From Blasia pusilla (Eukaryota): a DNA stretch of 64,000 nt. The translations under genes were made by a program, and so were the position numbers. Where the stretch lies: the NCBI GenBank assembly GCA_050084515.1, contig CM114271.1, positions 21,948,001 through 22,012,000 of the forward strand, read 5' to 3'. This document shows positions 12,927 to 23,359 of the stretch, piece after piece. Every line of letters begins with the position of its first letter. The first letter of the stretch is position 1. The notes under the pieces were generated by a model, which saw nothing but the letters and a program-made list of their open reading frames with translations, did no database searches and had not been told where the DNA came from.

Positions 12927-13657
12927 CGTCACGTGGTGAGATTGGTCCTGAGGTATCCTAAGTTGTTGCCGATATCTGCAGTACGGGGATATCAGCATAC
13001 GTTATCCGCCGACATCTCTTTGGTGGGGGCGCAGGATCTGGATAGAGTTGGCACCATTCATTTGGTGATTACTGGATGGCCATGTCAGGGTCATTCATCA
13101 GCTCGCCGAGAATTTGGATTGCAGGATCCGAGGTCAGGGATGTTCTGGGAGATGCTGCAAGTAGTACGACACTTGCAGGAGAGTCAGATATGTTCTCCAA
13201 CGTACATTTTGGAGAACTTTCCATTGTTGGGAGACACTCGTGCACGTGTGATGACGAGTGTACATCAGGTGAGGTCCTGGTTGGGACCTGCTGTGTTGTT
13301 AGATACAGCGAGAGTTGGGTCACGTGCCCATCGTCCACGACTATGGTGGACGAACCTGATACCATCACAGGTATTGAGTCGAGCGTACGGTGGAGTCCAG
13401 AGAGCACCACATCCCACAGTGGATGCTATTTTGGGCTCAGGGCGTCGATCTCAGGTGATCATATGGGATGAAAGACCACCGTTGGCCATGGCTAATAGGG
13501 TGGGGGAGTTGAGGGCAACCTTACCTATGTTGGTGAGCTTCCCAGCATCCCATGCCTTTCGTCAGGGAGGGCCAAGCATGATTTGGGATGAGGTGATCGG
13601 AGCATTGGAGGAGCCTACAGCAGATGAGCGCAAACGCGCCATGCGGTTTGCTACCGG
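12927..13657 (+). pseudogene. C5 cytosine DNA methyltransferase domain (DNMT3/Dcm-like) in retrotransposon pol, truncated at both ends
   Basis: Motif IV LVITGWPCQG (catalytic PC at 13080-13085), DPRSGMF, motif VI YILENF, motif VIII LDTARVGSRAHRPRLWWTNL, motif IX-like EPTADERKRAMRF. Motif I (FxGxG) and motif X are absent. Confidence 0.88.
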
Positions 13658-13750
13658 TATCTTTAGTACTTTAGATCTCCGTGCTTGCTATCATCAGCTT
13701 CCTATCAGGTTGGAGGACAGGGAGAAGATAGCATTCTAGGGGATAGATCG
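13658..13750 (+). pseudogene. Gypsy reverse transcriptase remnant (motif A only)
   Basis: IFSTLDLRACYHQLPIRLEDREKIAF*GID matches the Ty3 RT FSxLDLRSGYHQ...KTAF motif. It is in frame with the methyltransferase. YxDD and RNase H are missing. Confidence 0.85.
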
Positions 13751-13949
13751 ATTCTGGGGGTTGGATGATGAGTCTTTCGATCTGGAGGTTAGTGAGGAGG
13801 TGACAGGTCGTCGTGATATCCATGACGACGTGGAGGTTGTGGAGTTCTTGCGCACTAGCACTAGGATCGGATCCTACAGAGAGCCAAGAGGTTTAGGTGG
13901 GAGGGGACTCACATTTTGCCGGTATGGGGAGATGGTAGGATACGAGTGG

Positions 13950-15229
13950 TAACTCATCCTTCCCAGCAAGCACGTGTAGTGCGACATGCCCATGAGGAGT
14001 TGGGACATTTTGGAGTAAAGCGTACTTACAGCTTACTCCAGGTTCAGTATTGGTGGCGCGGCATGCATACTGGGGTATAGCAGTTTGTGGCCAGATGTAT
14101 GGTATGTGACAGAGTGCGAGCATCCTTCAATGCTCCCACTCCGCATTTACATCCTTTTCCGATTATGGGTTTAGATTATCGGTGGAGTTTAGACTTTGCG
14201 GGACCTTTGCCATTGACGGGGCGTCATCATAGGTACGCATTGGTCATGGTGGAGCATTTCTCCAAGTGGATAGAGTTGGTGGCACTACCAGACAAGGCGA
14301 GCGAGGGAACAGCTTATGCGTTTCTAGATCGTGTGCTTAGTCACTTTGGTGCACCGGCGGAGGTGTTGACTGACTAGGGTACCGAGTTCAAGGGAGAGTT
14401 TCAGGCCTTGTGTGATCAGGCGCTGAGAGATCACCGCACCACGTCTAGAGATCATCCTGAGGCGGATGGGTTGGCGGAGAGAATGGTACAGACGGTGAAT
14501 AGAGGATTGCGCAAGTATGGCTTGCAGCGGGGACAGTTGAGGGAGTGGGACCTACAGTTGCCATGGTTGGCTATGGATTATCGCTTTAGTCGACAGGCAT
14601 CCTTGGCGTCATTTTCACCGTACTTTTTGCTCTTTGTGAGAGAGCCAGATTTACCTGCAGTGATTCGACGTGACATGGCCGAGGTATTAGATCTTGATGA
14701 TCCAGATGTGTGGGTACAAGCATGTTCTCAAAGGGCAGAAGTTTTTCATAGAGTTATGCCTATGGCCTTTTAGAACTTAGCTATTGCCCAGCATAGATAT
14801 ACATTGAGGTACGCTACCATTCGTGGAGGAGATTATTGTCGAGGGGTTAGGAGGTTTCATCATGGAGATTACGTGTATTTACAGCAGGCGGCACCCACGA
14901 CGCTAGATGTTACTGCAGGGCGCACGATCCTACGTGTGCACGAAGTATTACCGACCAAAGTCCTCATGTTGGAGGGACGGGATGGTATGGTTTGGAAGGA
15001 TCATGTGGGCAATTGTGCGCCATATCATCTTCCGAACGTAGATGGGACGGTGGATCCGAGCTTGGCAGTGGTACCTACAGGCTTGAGGTGTATGTTGTGC
15101 GGATCTGCGAGGGGTGCAGCCATCATGTTGGTATGTGATGGTTGTTCTCGAGGGTGGCATATGTCATGTCTGACCCCCCCTCTTGATGTGGTTTCCACGG
15201 GACAATGGATATGTCTGAGATGTGTATAG
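13950..15229 (+). pseudogene. Gypsy integrase (HHCC zinc domain, DDE core) with a C-terminal PHD finger; several in-frame stops
   Basis: HAHEELGHFG...WWRGM...CMVC; WSLDFAGP, EVLTD*GTEF, EADGLAERMVQT; terminal CMLC...LVCDGCSRGWHMSCLTPPL...WICLRC (C4HC3) at ~15089-15223. Confidence 0.9.
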
Positions 15230-15308
15230 GGTAGTAGGTCATGTCAGAGAGCTGTGATATTTTCTATTTGGAGTTGGGGGGATCCAACTACCAGCTAGGG
15301 GGGCGATT

Positions 15309-15443
15309 GTGTGATCTCCATGTATATGTATGAGTTGATTTTTGTATATGTGTGGATCGACCCGTGTGTGGGGAAGATCGATGTTATGTGGTGTAGATGT
15401 GACCAGCGATGTATGTTGTGTAGCGATATGTATGCGCACGACA
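15309..15443 (+). repeat. 3' LTR remnant (internally deleted) of the methyltransferase-carrying gypsy element
   Basis: Follows the PPT, starts TG, ends CACGACA, and aligns with ~18520-18652. Confidence 0.7.
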
Positions 15444-16315
15444 TCATCTTCTAATGTCACTCCAATACTATTCAATTTATAAAAAAATATGTTTAACACT
15501 CAAAACATAATCATTGATATTTTACGATAATTTCCTTATTTCTTTCAATTATTATTTTAATTGAAGCTTTCTCATCTTTGTATATGTCTAGAACAGGTTT
15601 TCCAATGTGTCTGAGGCTTCCTTCAAAATATCAACATCTTGGCCTCATCTATTGGTTTCAAGTCTATTGATTCATCTTCTTGTTTGGCCTCATCACTAAT
15701 AATAAGCTCCCATAGTTCTTGACCCTTAAGAAATTGCTTTACGTAAAACTTCCAAACATTATAATTCTGCTTATCTAGCTTCTCTCATGTTATTGTTGTC
15801 GGGGAATACTCCATGAAGAACGATTTCACTCACTAATCATAATTTGAGGCTCTCCACTTAAAGCATAGACTACTCCTACATCAAAATTGACCTGAAATTT
15901 GCCATAATTGACCATCTATGTGGAAGAACTAGTCAAAATTGGCTTGTGGAGAGCAGATTGCATAACTTTCCTTCACTAATTGCACTTTCCTACACTTAAA
16001 TTGCTATTGCAAAAGCTCAAATTTTCATAATTGAATGATTTGTATGCCTTTGAAAGCTCTCGATGACCTCCACAAGATGGTCAAAACCAACCTTCTACAT
16101 TCTTTTGATTGCAGACCGATGCAGACCCAAATTTTTTTATTGATCAGGAAAGCCCTCAAAATAACCTCCAAAGTTTTGTCACCGTCACAACTCCACCTAA
16201 AATCTTATACCACTAAGCTATGATTGAGATTTCCTTGCCCTTAATTGAAATTTTGCCTTCTCTTGCCTCCATTTTCTCCTAAACACCAAGAATTTCAATT
16301 CATGTTCTCTTGTCA

Positions 16316-16326
16316 CTTTGATACCA
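16316..16326 (-). other. Primer-binding site (initiator Met tRNA type) of the copia element
   Basis: Reverse complement reads TGGTATCAAAG, close to the canonical TGGTATCAGAG, upstream of gag. Confidence 0.7.
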
Positions 16327-16689
16327 TAAAGAAAATTTCTAAATAAGCATAATTGATGGGATATAGCTCTTAGAGACACACACACACCACTATGAAGAAA
16401 GAAATTTTGCAATGAGAGAATTAATTGAGGTTGGTCCTCTTCTCAGTTATATAAGGTATGTACAATGAATCCTAACCCTAATATTTACCATAGTCTCGAA
16501 TTATACTAATTATTGTTAACTAATCCTAGTTAAAATAATTATGCTTAACTAACTACCCAAGATAAGCTTTCTTACTTCGTTGTGAGTACCAAATGTAGCA
16601 GTTCGTGTGTTTGATGAGCTTGACTAGAACTCAGTCCTTAATACTTTTCGGGTCCTCATTTGCGTGGACGACATAGACTTAGCTATTTG

Positions 16690-17650
16690 CGATGAGGTAC
16701 CATCCCTCTTGTCCGTCCTTTTCTATATGAAGCCAAACAAAGAGCTCGAATTGATTTTCCATTAAATCTAGTGATGACGACATAACTACTTTTGTCACAA
16801 ATCCCTTTTTGCTCCTCATGGGTGATTTCCTTGAAGGGTATCTTCCTAAATGTGATCAAAACCATCAATCTTTTATGGTGTGGTGTGATCTTCCACACAT
16901 GATGCATGTATCCCTACTTCTTGATAGTGGCATGTTCCTACGTAGGCCATTAAGTCGACTTTATGGGCCTTCTCTTGGATTTGGCCACTCATGACTCAAC
17001 TCATGTGGGCGTCGCTCCTCAAATTTCTTTCTATAGTCCTCTATGTGGATCTCAACAAGGGTTGTGGGGCTTGTTCATGGTTGTCTTAACTTGCTCAATC
17101 GTCCTAACTTTTCTTCTAGCAGCAAGGAGCACATCTTAGTGTACAAGGGAAATTTGTCCTTCATTGCAAGGACATTGATGAATTTTCTATATGAATCTTT
17201 CATGATGTTCATAAGGATCGCAATCATGTGCTTATCATCAAGGAGCATATTAACCTCCACAAAATTGTCTCCTAGTTGTTGGAGTAGACTTTGGTGTGTC
17301 TAAATGCTGGAGCCTACTTCCATCCAATTGGTGTAAAGCCTTTGTAGTAGAGTGAATAGTCCCCGTCATACTCATGCCTACAAAGCAATTGCAGGAGTAT
17401 CCCATGTCTCCTTAGTTATCTTGGCCTTCTTGACGAATTGGAATTGAGACTCCTTTTTTATCACCCTAGATATATCAAGGGCATGGGAATCTTTCCGATC
17501 AAACTCTTCCATGGCCTTCTTGTCCATGTTGGCGGTTTTCTGCCTTCTTCCATCTACAACATCAAACAAGTCACATGCCATAAAAATCCCTCAATCATGT
17601 ATGTTCCATATGTTGATGTTGGATTCGGCGAGTTTATGGGACTCTATCGT
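16690..17650 (-). mobile_element. Degenerate copia gag fragment
   Basis: LMACDLFDVVDG...EEFDRKDSHAL...KETWD; DDKHMIAILMN...SYRKFI...SLLLEE; decayed zinc-knuckle region at ~16700-16740. Confidence 0.55.
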
Positions 17651-18053
17651 CATGTTGTCTATGATTTTCGTCATCTTCTAGTTTCTCTCTTATTGCATCT
17701 TATGGGAAATTCAAATGATTTCTTGAATATTGTCACTCTATCTTGTGGGAAATTCAAGTGAGTCCACTATCTTTTCATACCATGTGGAGATTTATTGAGA
17801 AATATGACACCAAACTACACATATGTATATTCATATAGAGGAGCGTCTTAAATATATTTAAGTACCAATATTGTTTTATGATCATTAGTAATGTTCTAGT
17901 GTCATTGGGTGCTATTAGTAATGGTAATAGTCAATGCTACTTTGAATGCTCCTCCCAAAGGGTAATGGCGTTTATCCTCAAGAAATGGTGTCCTCACTGT
18001 CGCATTGTGTGTAAGGTAGGTGGTGTTGAGGCGATGATTCTAAGTGCAGATTC

Positions 18054-18652
18054 TACCACATCTTAGCTAGCCGACATGTAGAGTCCTATCGCGTCGACGG
18101 CAGATAGGATCAACGGGTTGTTTGGGTGTAACTTTGTCTTGAGATGTTGGAGACAAGTCCATTGCATCAGGAACATCGTTTCTGAAAAAATTCAATATTT
18201 TTCTTTTTGCAGCGTAGTGACTCGTTGATCGGGTCAAAATTCATCCGATAACTTGTCCACACAAGTAACCACTTGGAGGATATTTTTGGGGGTCCCAAAT
18301 TCTTTTGGCTCTTCCCAAGGCTATAAGAGAGGGAGAGATGGCTTTCCCAAGACATCTTTCTCATGTTGGGTCTTAGGAGCACCTCTCTTACTTTGTGTGT
18401 AGTAGGAACTAGGGTGCTAGGGTCCAAATTCCTTCATAACGGAGATTGGATGTAACTTGACATACCAATGTTTATTCAAGAGTGGAGTTGGTCGTATGAG
18501 TTTTTTTTTTTTTTTTTTTGTGCAGTCTCGATGTACATGCATGAGTTCATTTTTACATGTATGGATCTACTCGCATATTAGGAAGATCAGTGGTGTGTGG
18601 TGTGGATGTGACCAACGATGTGGGTTATATGGCGATGTGTATGGGCACCAAA
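18054..18652 (+). mobile_element. Solo LTR (~600 bp) related to the methyltransferase-carrying gypsy family
   Basis: 5' part matches 7699-8183 and 3' part matches 15309-15443. Imperfect TSD ATTC/GTTC. Confidence 0.75.
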
Positions 18653-19400
18653 GTTCCAACAGAGACATCATCCATATCGAGTCAAGCTACACATAACATA
18701 TCGCGATGCTGAGGATGGTGGAGTTACCAATTAGACCAATTCTTGAGCAAGTAGTGGCTACCCTCAATATTTTCCTATTTTCCTATTGGAGTGTATTTTT
18801 TTACATCATAATTTACCTTCTAGCATGGTATACTATCAAGAGAATGTGTTGTTGGACTCAAAAGCACAACCCATGATGTTTGGTCAAGATATATCTATAG
18901 GGTTGGGACAAGCAAGGGAAATACAAGGTGAAGAGATGTCTATCTCAAATTCATTCATCACTCAAAGGTGTGAGTGGATGGTAATTTATCACATGGTAGA
19001 AGTCAATAGTATGGATGTAGCTAGAGCATCATAGATGGGTTTTATAATGAGAGTTTGGGTGATGCCAACCAATGGTAAATCATATGATGTGTTGATTTTG
19101 GTATCGCCTTGTATCCCATAGGTTTCATGCTTGACTATTGGACTGATTCAACTTCATCTAAGTTAGATTCACAATGAGGCAATGGATGTGTTAGCCAATT
19201 ACAGGTGTAAGTGATTAGGGGTGTGGGTGACACTCGCAATGGAGCCGTCTCGACGCCTCGATCCCTCGTAGTGAAATTGATAAGGATGTCACGTCAACTA
19301 AGTGGGGGAGTGTCGCAAATAGCTAAGTCATCAAATGGTGAGATTTGTCATGGGCACTAGCAATGAAACCCAAAAAATGAAGATGAGATTCCAAGATAAG
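18653..19400 (+). mobile_element. Highly decayed gypsy integrase C-terminal region, PPT and start of an LTR
   Basis: NVLLDSKAQPMMF resembles TTLDVTAGRTIL of the better-preserved integrase tail. AAGTGGGGGAG is followed by TGTCGC at ~19300-19316. Confidence 0.35.
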
Positions 19401-20514
19401 TTTGGGGAAGTCCATATAGGCAAAATCTGCCAAGAGAAGTTGTGGGAATCTCTTTAATTTTTGAATTTTTGAAATGACATAGAGAGTTTTATGTTTCTTC
19501 ATTCAAAGAACATTATATATGAGAGGCTAGAATTTATACTAGAATTTTTTCCTATCTCAAACTAAGCTAATTTTATATCATAATATATAATAATAAGAAA
19601 AATCTATCCCATCGAAATCTTTACCCATTTATAAGAGGAGAAGTTCCTATGTAAATCGTGGAGAGATCACAAAGACGAGACGTCCCATGCGTTTGCGAGA
19701 AACCGACGTTCAAATATCACCCTGGATAGAATCGCCCGAATGAAGGTGTCTTACCCGAGACTAACCTTGATTTGATTTCGGAATAAGAAGGGGCCACAAT
19801 TTTATGATGAAATGCATTGAAGGATCCATAAATACATTCGAATCGCACACTCACATGTGTATGTCAAAAACTATTGAGAAAAAGAGGAGCGGGGAAGCCC
19901 AAAAACAATTCCGGGTGTCCAAGAACCCGCGGAGAGGGGATTTTTTGACACCCCACACCCCTTATACCACGCCCTTCCTAAACTCGAATATGCGCAAAAG
20001 GCATCTGCTTGCACAGGAAGGAAAACGCAGAGGCGAGGATGCAGTACATTTACAGAACGCACGAGGAAATTACGTTTACTGTCTGCAGTTTCTTTCTGTC
20101 CCCCGCCTCTCCCCTCGAACTTCGTCCCGTCCCAGGACCGGACTCGCCCGTGCGCTCCCTTCTCCGCTCTCTGATCGACTTTGCTGGAGTTCGGCGGTGC
20201 CCTACGCATACGAGGAACGAGATCTTGCAGGAGTGTGTCTACGCTTCCGCGTCTCCGCGTCTTCCGGTGCCGTCTCGTGTGCCGCTTTCGCGCCAGTCTG
20301 TTTCGCGGACTCAAGCCTGTCGAGGGAGCGGCCCTTGTTTATTGCCTTCGCCACGGTGGATCGAGTGATCGCGATTTCGTTTCACGTTTCACCTGCTCTC
20401 TGAATACGGTTTCAAATGGAGGGTTGAGAAGAGGACGAGTTCTAGTCAATCTGATTTCTGCGTTTTCTCGCTCTGGAAACGAGAGAATTGCGATTCGTCG
20501 AACCGTCGGAACGA

Positions 20515-23359
20515 ATGGGAGAGGAGTCAGTAGAAGACGCGCCGCTGCCTGTGCTCTTCGAGCGAGCTCAAGATATGCATTCGCTGGCTACCACGTCTAC
20601 ACTGGAGCCGGTGAGCTGAGTCATTTCGTTTCGGTCTTATCCCGTGGTTGACTCGATTGTAGATGATCGGCCATTGAATGAAGCCAACTTATTCACCAGA
20701 CCATTGCACGCTCGAAACAATAATTCATGCGGACTTTTTCCTCATCTCAAGTTTTCTTCTTGTCCAAATTGTAATCATCCGCTCCGTGTTACATATATCT
20801 TCTCACGGATTGGAGATCACTCTTGCGAATTATCATCAGTTCATCGTCAAATTCTATCCCTGTTACTCATTTCTGGAAACTATTATGTGGATACGATTGC
20901 TCCGCATCTGTGACTGCAGGAGCAAGTCAGACGTGCTTGTGAATTATTAGAGCAATGTCAAGACAAAATTGACAAGCTTGGTCTTTTCTCTGCCAATGAA
21001 GAGAAAGAAGACATCAGCACTGCTGATTTGAAATATTTACTGGTCGGTGCCCTTTATTCCTTAACCTACGTATCTGTCCATGAAGTGCGTTTCGTGAAGC
21101 TTTCTGTACGTCGAAGCACTTCGTTTACCAACTGACCGGGCTTTGGCAACAAATTCTCAGGTTCCTTATTATTTCGGAGATCTGACTGAAAAACTCTCCG
21201 CCCCGGAACGATTGCAGACAGTCAAAGCCTCCAAGTTGCATTTGCTGGTAGGTGAATCTCTTTGCTGCAGCCGTCAGCCCTGTTTTCATGAGGAAAGGGT
21301 TTCCTACGTCGGTCAAGCTGTATTGTTGTGGTATCTTGGCTGACACCAAGCTATCTCCCTGTCGAGTCCCTTCAGACCTTCATAAGATTATGTGACCGTC
21401 TCGACCTTGTTCCTAGTGGAGAGTTGGAGGCTTTGACTCGGGATGCTCCAGCCAGTATGGAGACCAGGAGAAGTGAGAAGGTGATTCCATAATTGATCTT
21501 TCCTTCGTGAATTTGGTTGTTATTGATAAACCGAAATGGTGAGATGATAGATTACTGTACAGGGGGATGTGGACATCCTTCAAGTAGCTGTAACGCCAGT
21601 AGTGTGTTCCTAACATGCCTGTTTCAATCTTCCATTTCTAGCATGACAGTATGTGACCAGTTGCGGAAGGTTACACAGATTTGAACAGTATCCGGTACTT
21701 AGATCAGGTGAGGTTTCAATGCAGGTGGCTCGGTTTAGAAGGCAGAAGGCAGCAGACACTAAGCTCCAGGAGATTAGAGAGAGAAGGGACCGTCGGAGGC
21801 GCTCCACACAGGCCACTGCCAAAACCACCTATGTAGAGCATGGTGAGGAGGATTTACCAGATGAGGACGACGAGGAAGAACGCGAGGTAAGTATAGTGGG
21901 ATAGAACTGTCATATTTTTTCACGAAGTTCCTTCAGTTGCAGAAACTAATCTAATACAATTCAAACTAGGTCTGAACTCCGCGCTCCAATTTTGTTGTGA
22001 AGTAATACAGTTTGTGGTTTTATATACCTCCTTGGGGTGTGCATGGTAGATTTTTGCCACCAACTTTCAGTCTGGCGAAATCTTGCTGTTCCATCTTCTA
22101 TTGATCCACGATTTCACTTTATTCTATGCAGACTCGCTTCACCCAGATTTCTTTTTCATTGTGCAAGGTGAGTATGATCCATCCTTCTCTATTACAGAGG
22201 AGGAGAATTCTGATTATGTCATAAACATCAGCAGGGTGCCTAGCAAGAGTGCTGTAAAGTTTGATTAGAAGTTGCATCTCTTCACCTGCTCTCTTACCTG
22301 CCAATCATTGAGTAAATTTGTGGTTTCCAGCTGCTGCTTGAGTCATTCCATCATAAACCCTATAGACATCAAACTTATCCATTAAAGTAGCACCCTTCTA
22401 GGTCTGTAAATTCTTCTTTTCAGCTTCCTCATTCTTGTATGTCTGACATGTTCTTATCAACAGGCTTTCGATCTCCTGGATATGCTGAAGAAGGAGGAAG
22501 ATATGCTGGTTGCTGTTCAAGAATTAGACAGCAAGGTAAACCATAATCTCGTCAAAAAGTTTTGCCTATCCTGAATTCCTGTAGGTCTATGTTTGACTGT
22601 CTATGCTTTTTACCATCTTCTTTTGCAGGGAGGTCATGAGATTCTCACTAGAAATATTCTGGATGAACGACAATCAAGAGCAGAGTTATGGCATAAGGAG
22701 GCAGCATCCAAAGCAAGGATAATCAGACAAGATCAGCCACTTGCAGCTGCCGCATATGGCCAAGATGTCATAGAAGGGAGAGCTGAAGTAATACGAGACA
22801 TATATCATAATCCTGTCCCACAGCAGCGACAACCTTTGTTATTTGGCCCAGCCTCCGTGATCGATGGAAGTCTATCAACTGAAAGGGAAAGAATGGTGGC
22901 TCAGGTCTTCCAACCAGGCCACAGGTTTCCATTCCATCTCTGCTTATAGACAGAAGTATTATGAGAAGACAATTGATATCCTTGTTTGACTTGTTGTTCT
23001 GTCAAGGTTAGTATAGAAATATCCTTGACAGATAGTCTGTTATTGATGTTCAAGTTGGTGAAATGCTCTCAGGTACACATCTTCTGAAGAGTGTTCATTA
23101 TTCTGGTTGCAGACTACCCACGATGAGTATTGAACAGGCTGGTTTAGCAGAGATGGAGATGATGCGAAAGTGGAATGACCAAAACCAGAGACTGGCAGAT
23201 GAAGCAGCAAACCCTTCTTGGCACAGTGAAGGTAAACAGAAGAACGATGACAGTGATGATGATGATGAGGCAGCAGAATACAAATCAAGAGCATGGGATG
23301 ACTGGAAAGATGAGAATCCCAGGGGTGCTGGCAACTCAATGTCAAAGCCTGTCCGTTGA
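20515..23359 (+). CDS. TAP46: PP2A regulatory subunit TAP46 (Tap42/IGBP1 family), 9 coding exons
   Basis: Approximate GT-AG exons: 20515-20610 (MGEESVEDAPLPVLFERA), 20920-21042 (LGLFSANEEKEDISTADLKYLL), 21161-21247, 21376-21480, 21725-21886 (ARFRRQKAA), 22132-22167, 22464-22535, 22629-22924 (LLFGPAS...VFQPGH), 23113-23359 (LPTMSIE...RAWDDWKDENPRGAGN). Confidence 0.93.

Larger units (their letters stand above)
7699..15443 (+). mobile_element. Ty3/gypsy LTR retrotransposon with domain order gag, C5 DNA methyltransferase, RT remnant, integrase, PHD; internally deleted and non-autonomous
   Basis: 4-bp TSD TCAT (7695-7698 and 15444-15447); excision restores copia gag LEDDDII in frame. 3' end CACGACA; PPT AGGGGGGGCGAT at ~15297-15308. 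Both ends match the solo LTR at 18054-18652. Domains listed separately. Confidence 0.9.
3740..16575 (-). mobile_element. Degenerate Ty1/copia element, interrupted in gag by the gypsy element and in RT by two MITEs
   Basis: PBS TGGTATCAAAG (reverse strand, 16316-16326) next to a putative 5' LTR (~16327-16575). Gag LDKQNYNVWKFYVKQFLKGQELW (~15700-15800) continues as DDIILFTLQGLPKDY (~7650-7698). Protease HIDFGASNHM (~7100-7135); integrase YFVSFIDNFS...LHCDGGGEF (6295-6567); RT MEEELRML...WVYKVK...KAILVAKGYAQ (5240-5491); start of RNase H (~3740-3990). No 3' LTR seen. Confidence 0.85.

Noticed and set aside
12876-13739. Stand-alone host or bacterial DNA methyltransferase gene
   Set aside because: The ORF start lies in the inserted solo LTR, the end is a gypsy RT motif, there are no introns, and it sits inside a TSD-bounded retroelement.
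19804-20651. ORFs of 119-199 aa upstream of TAP46
   Set aside because: GC-rich promoter and 5' UTR; no recognisable protein. The real start is at 20515 in another frame.
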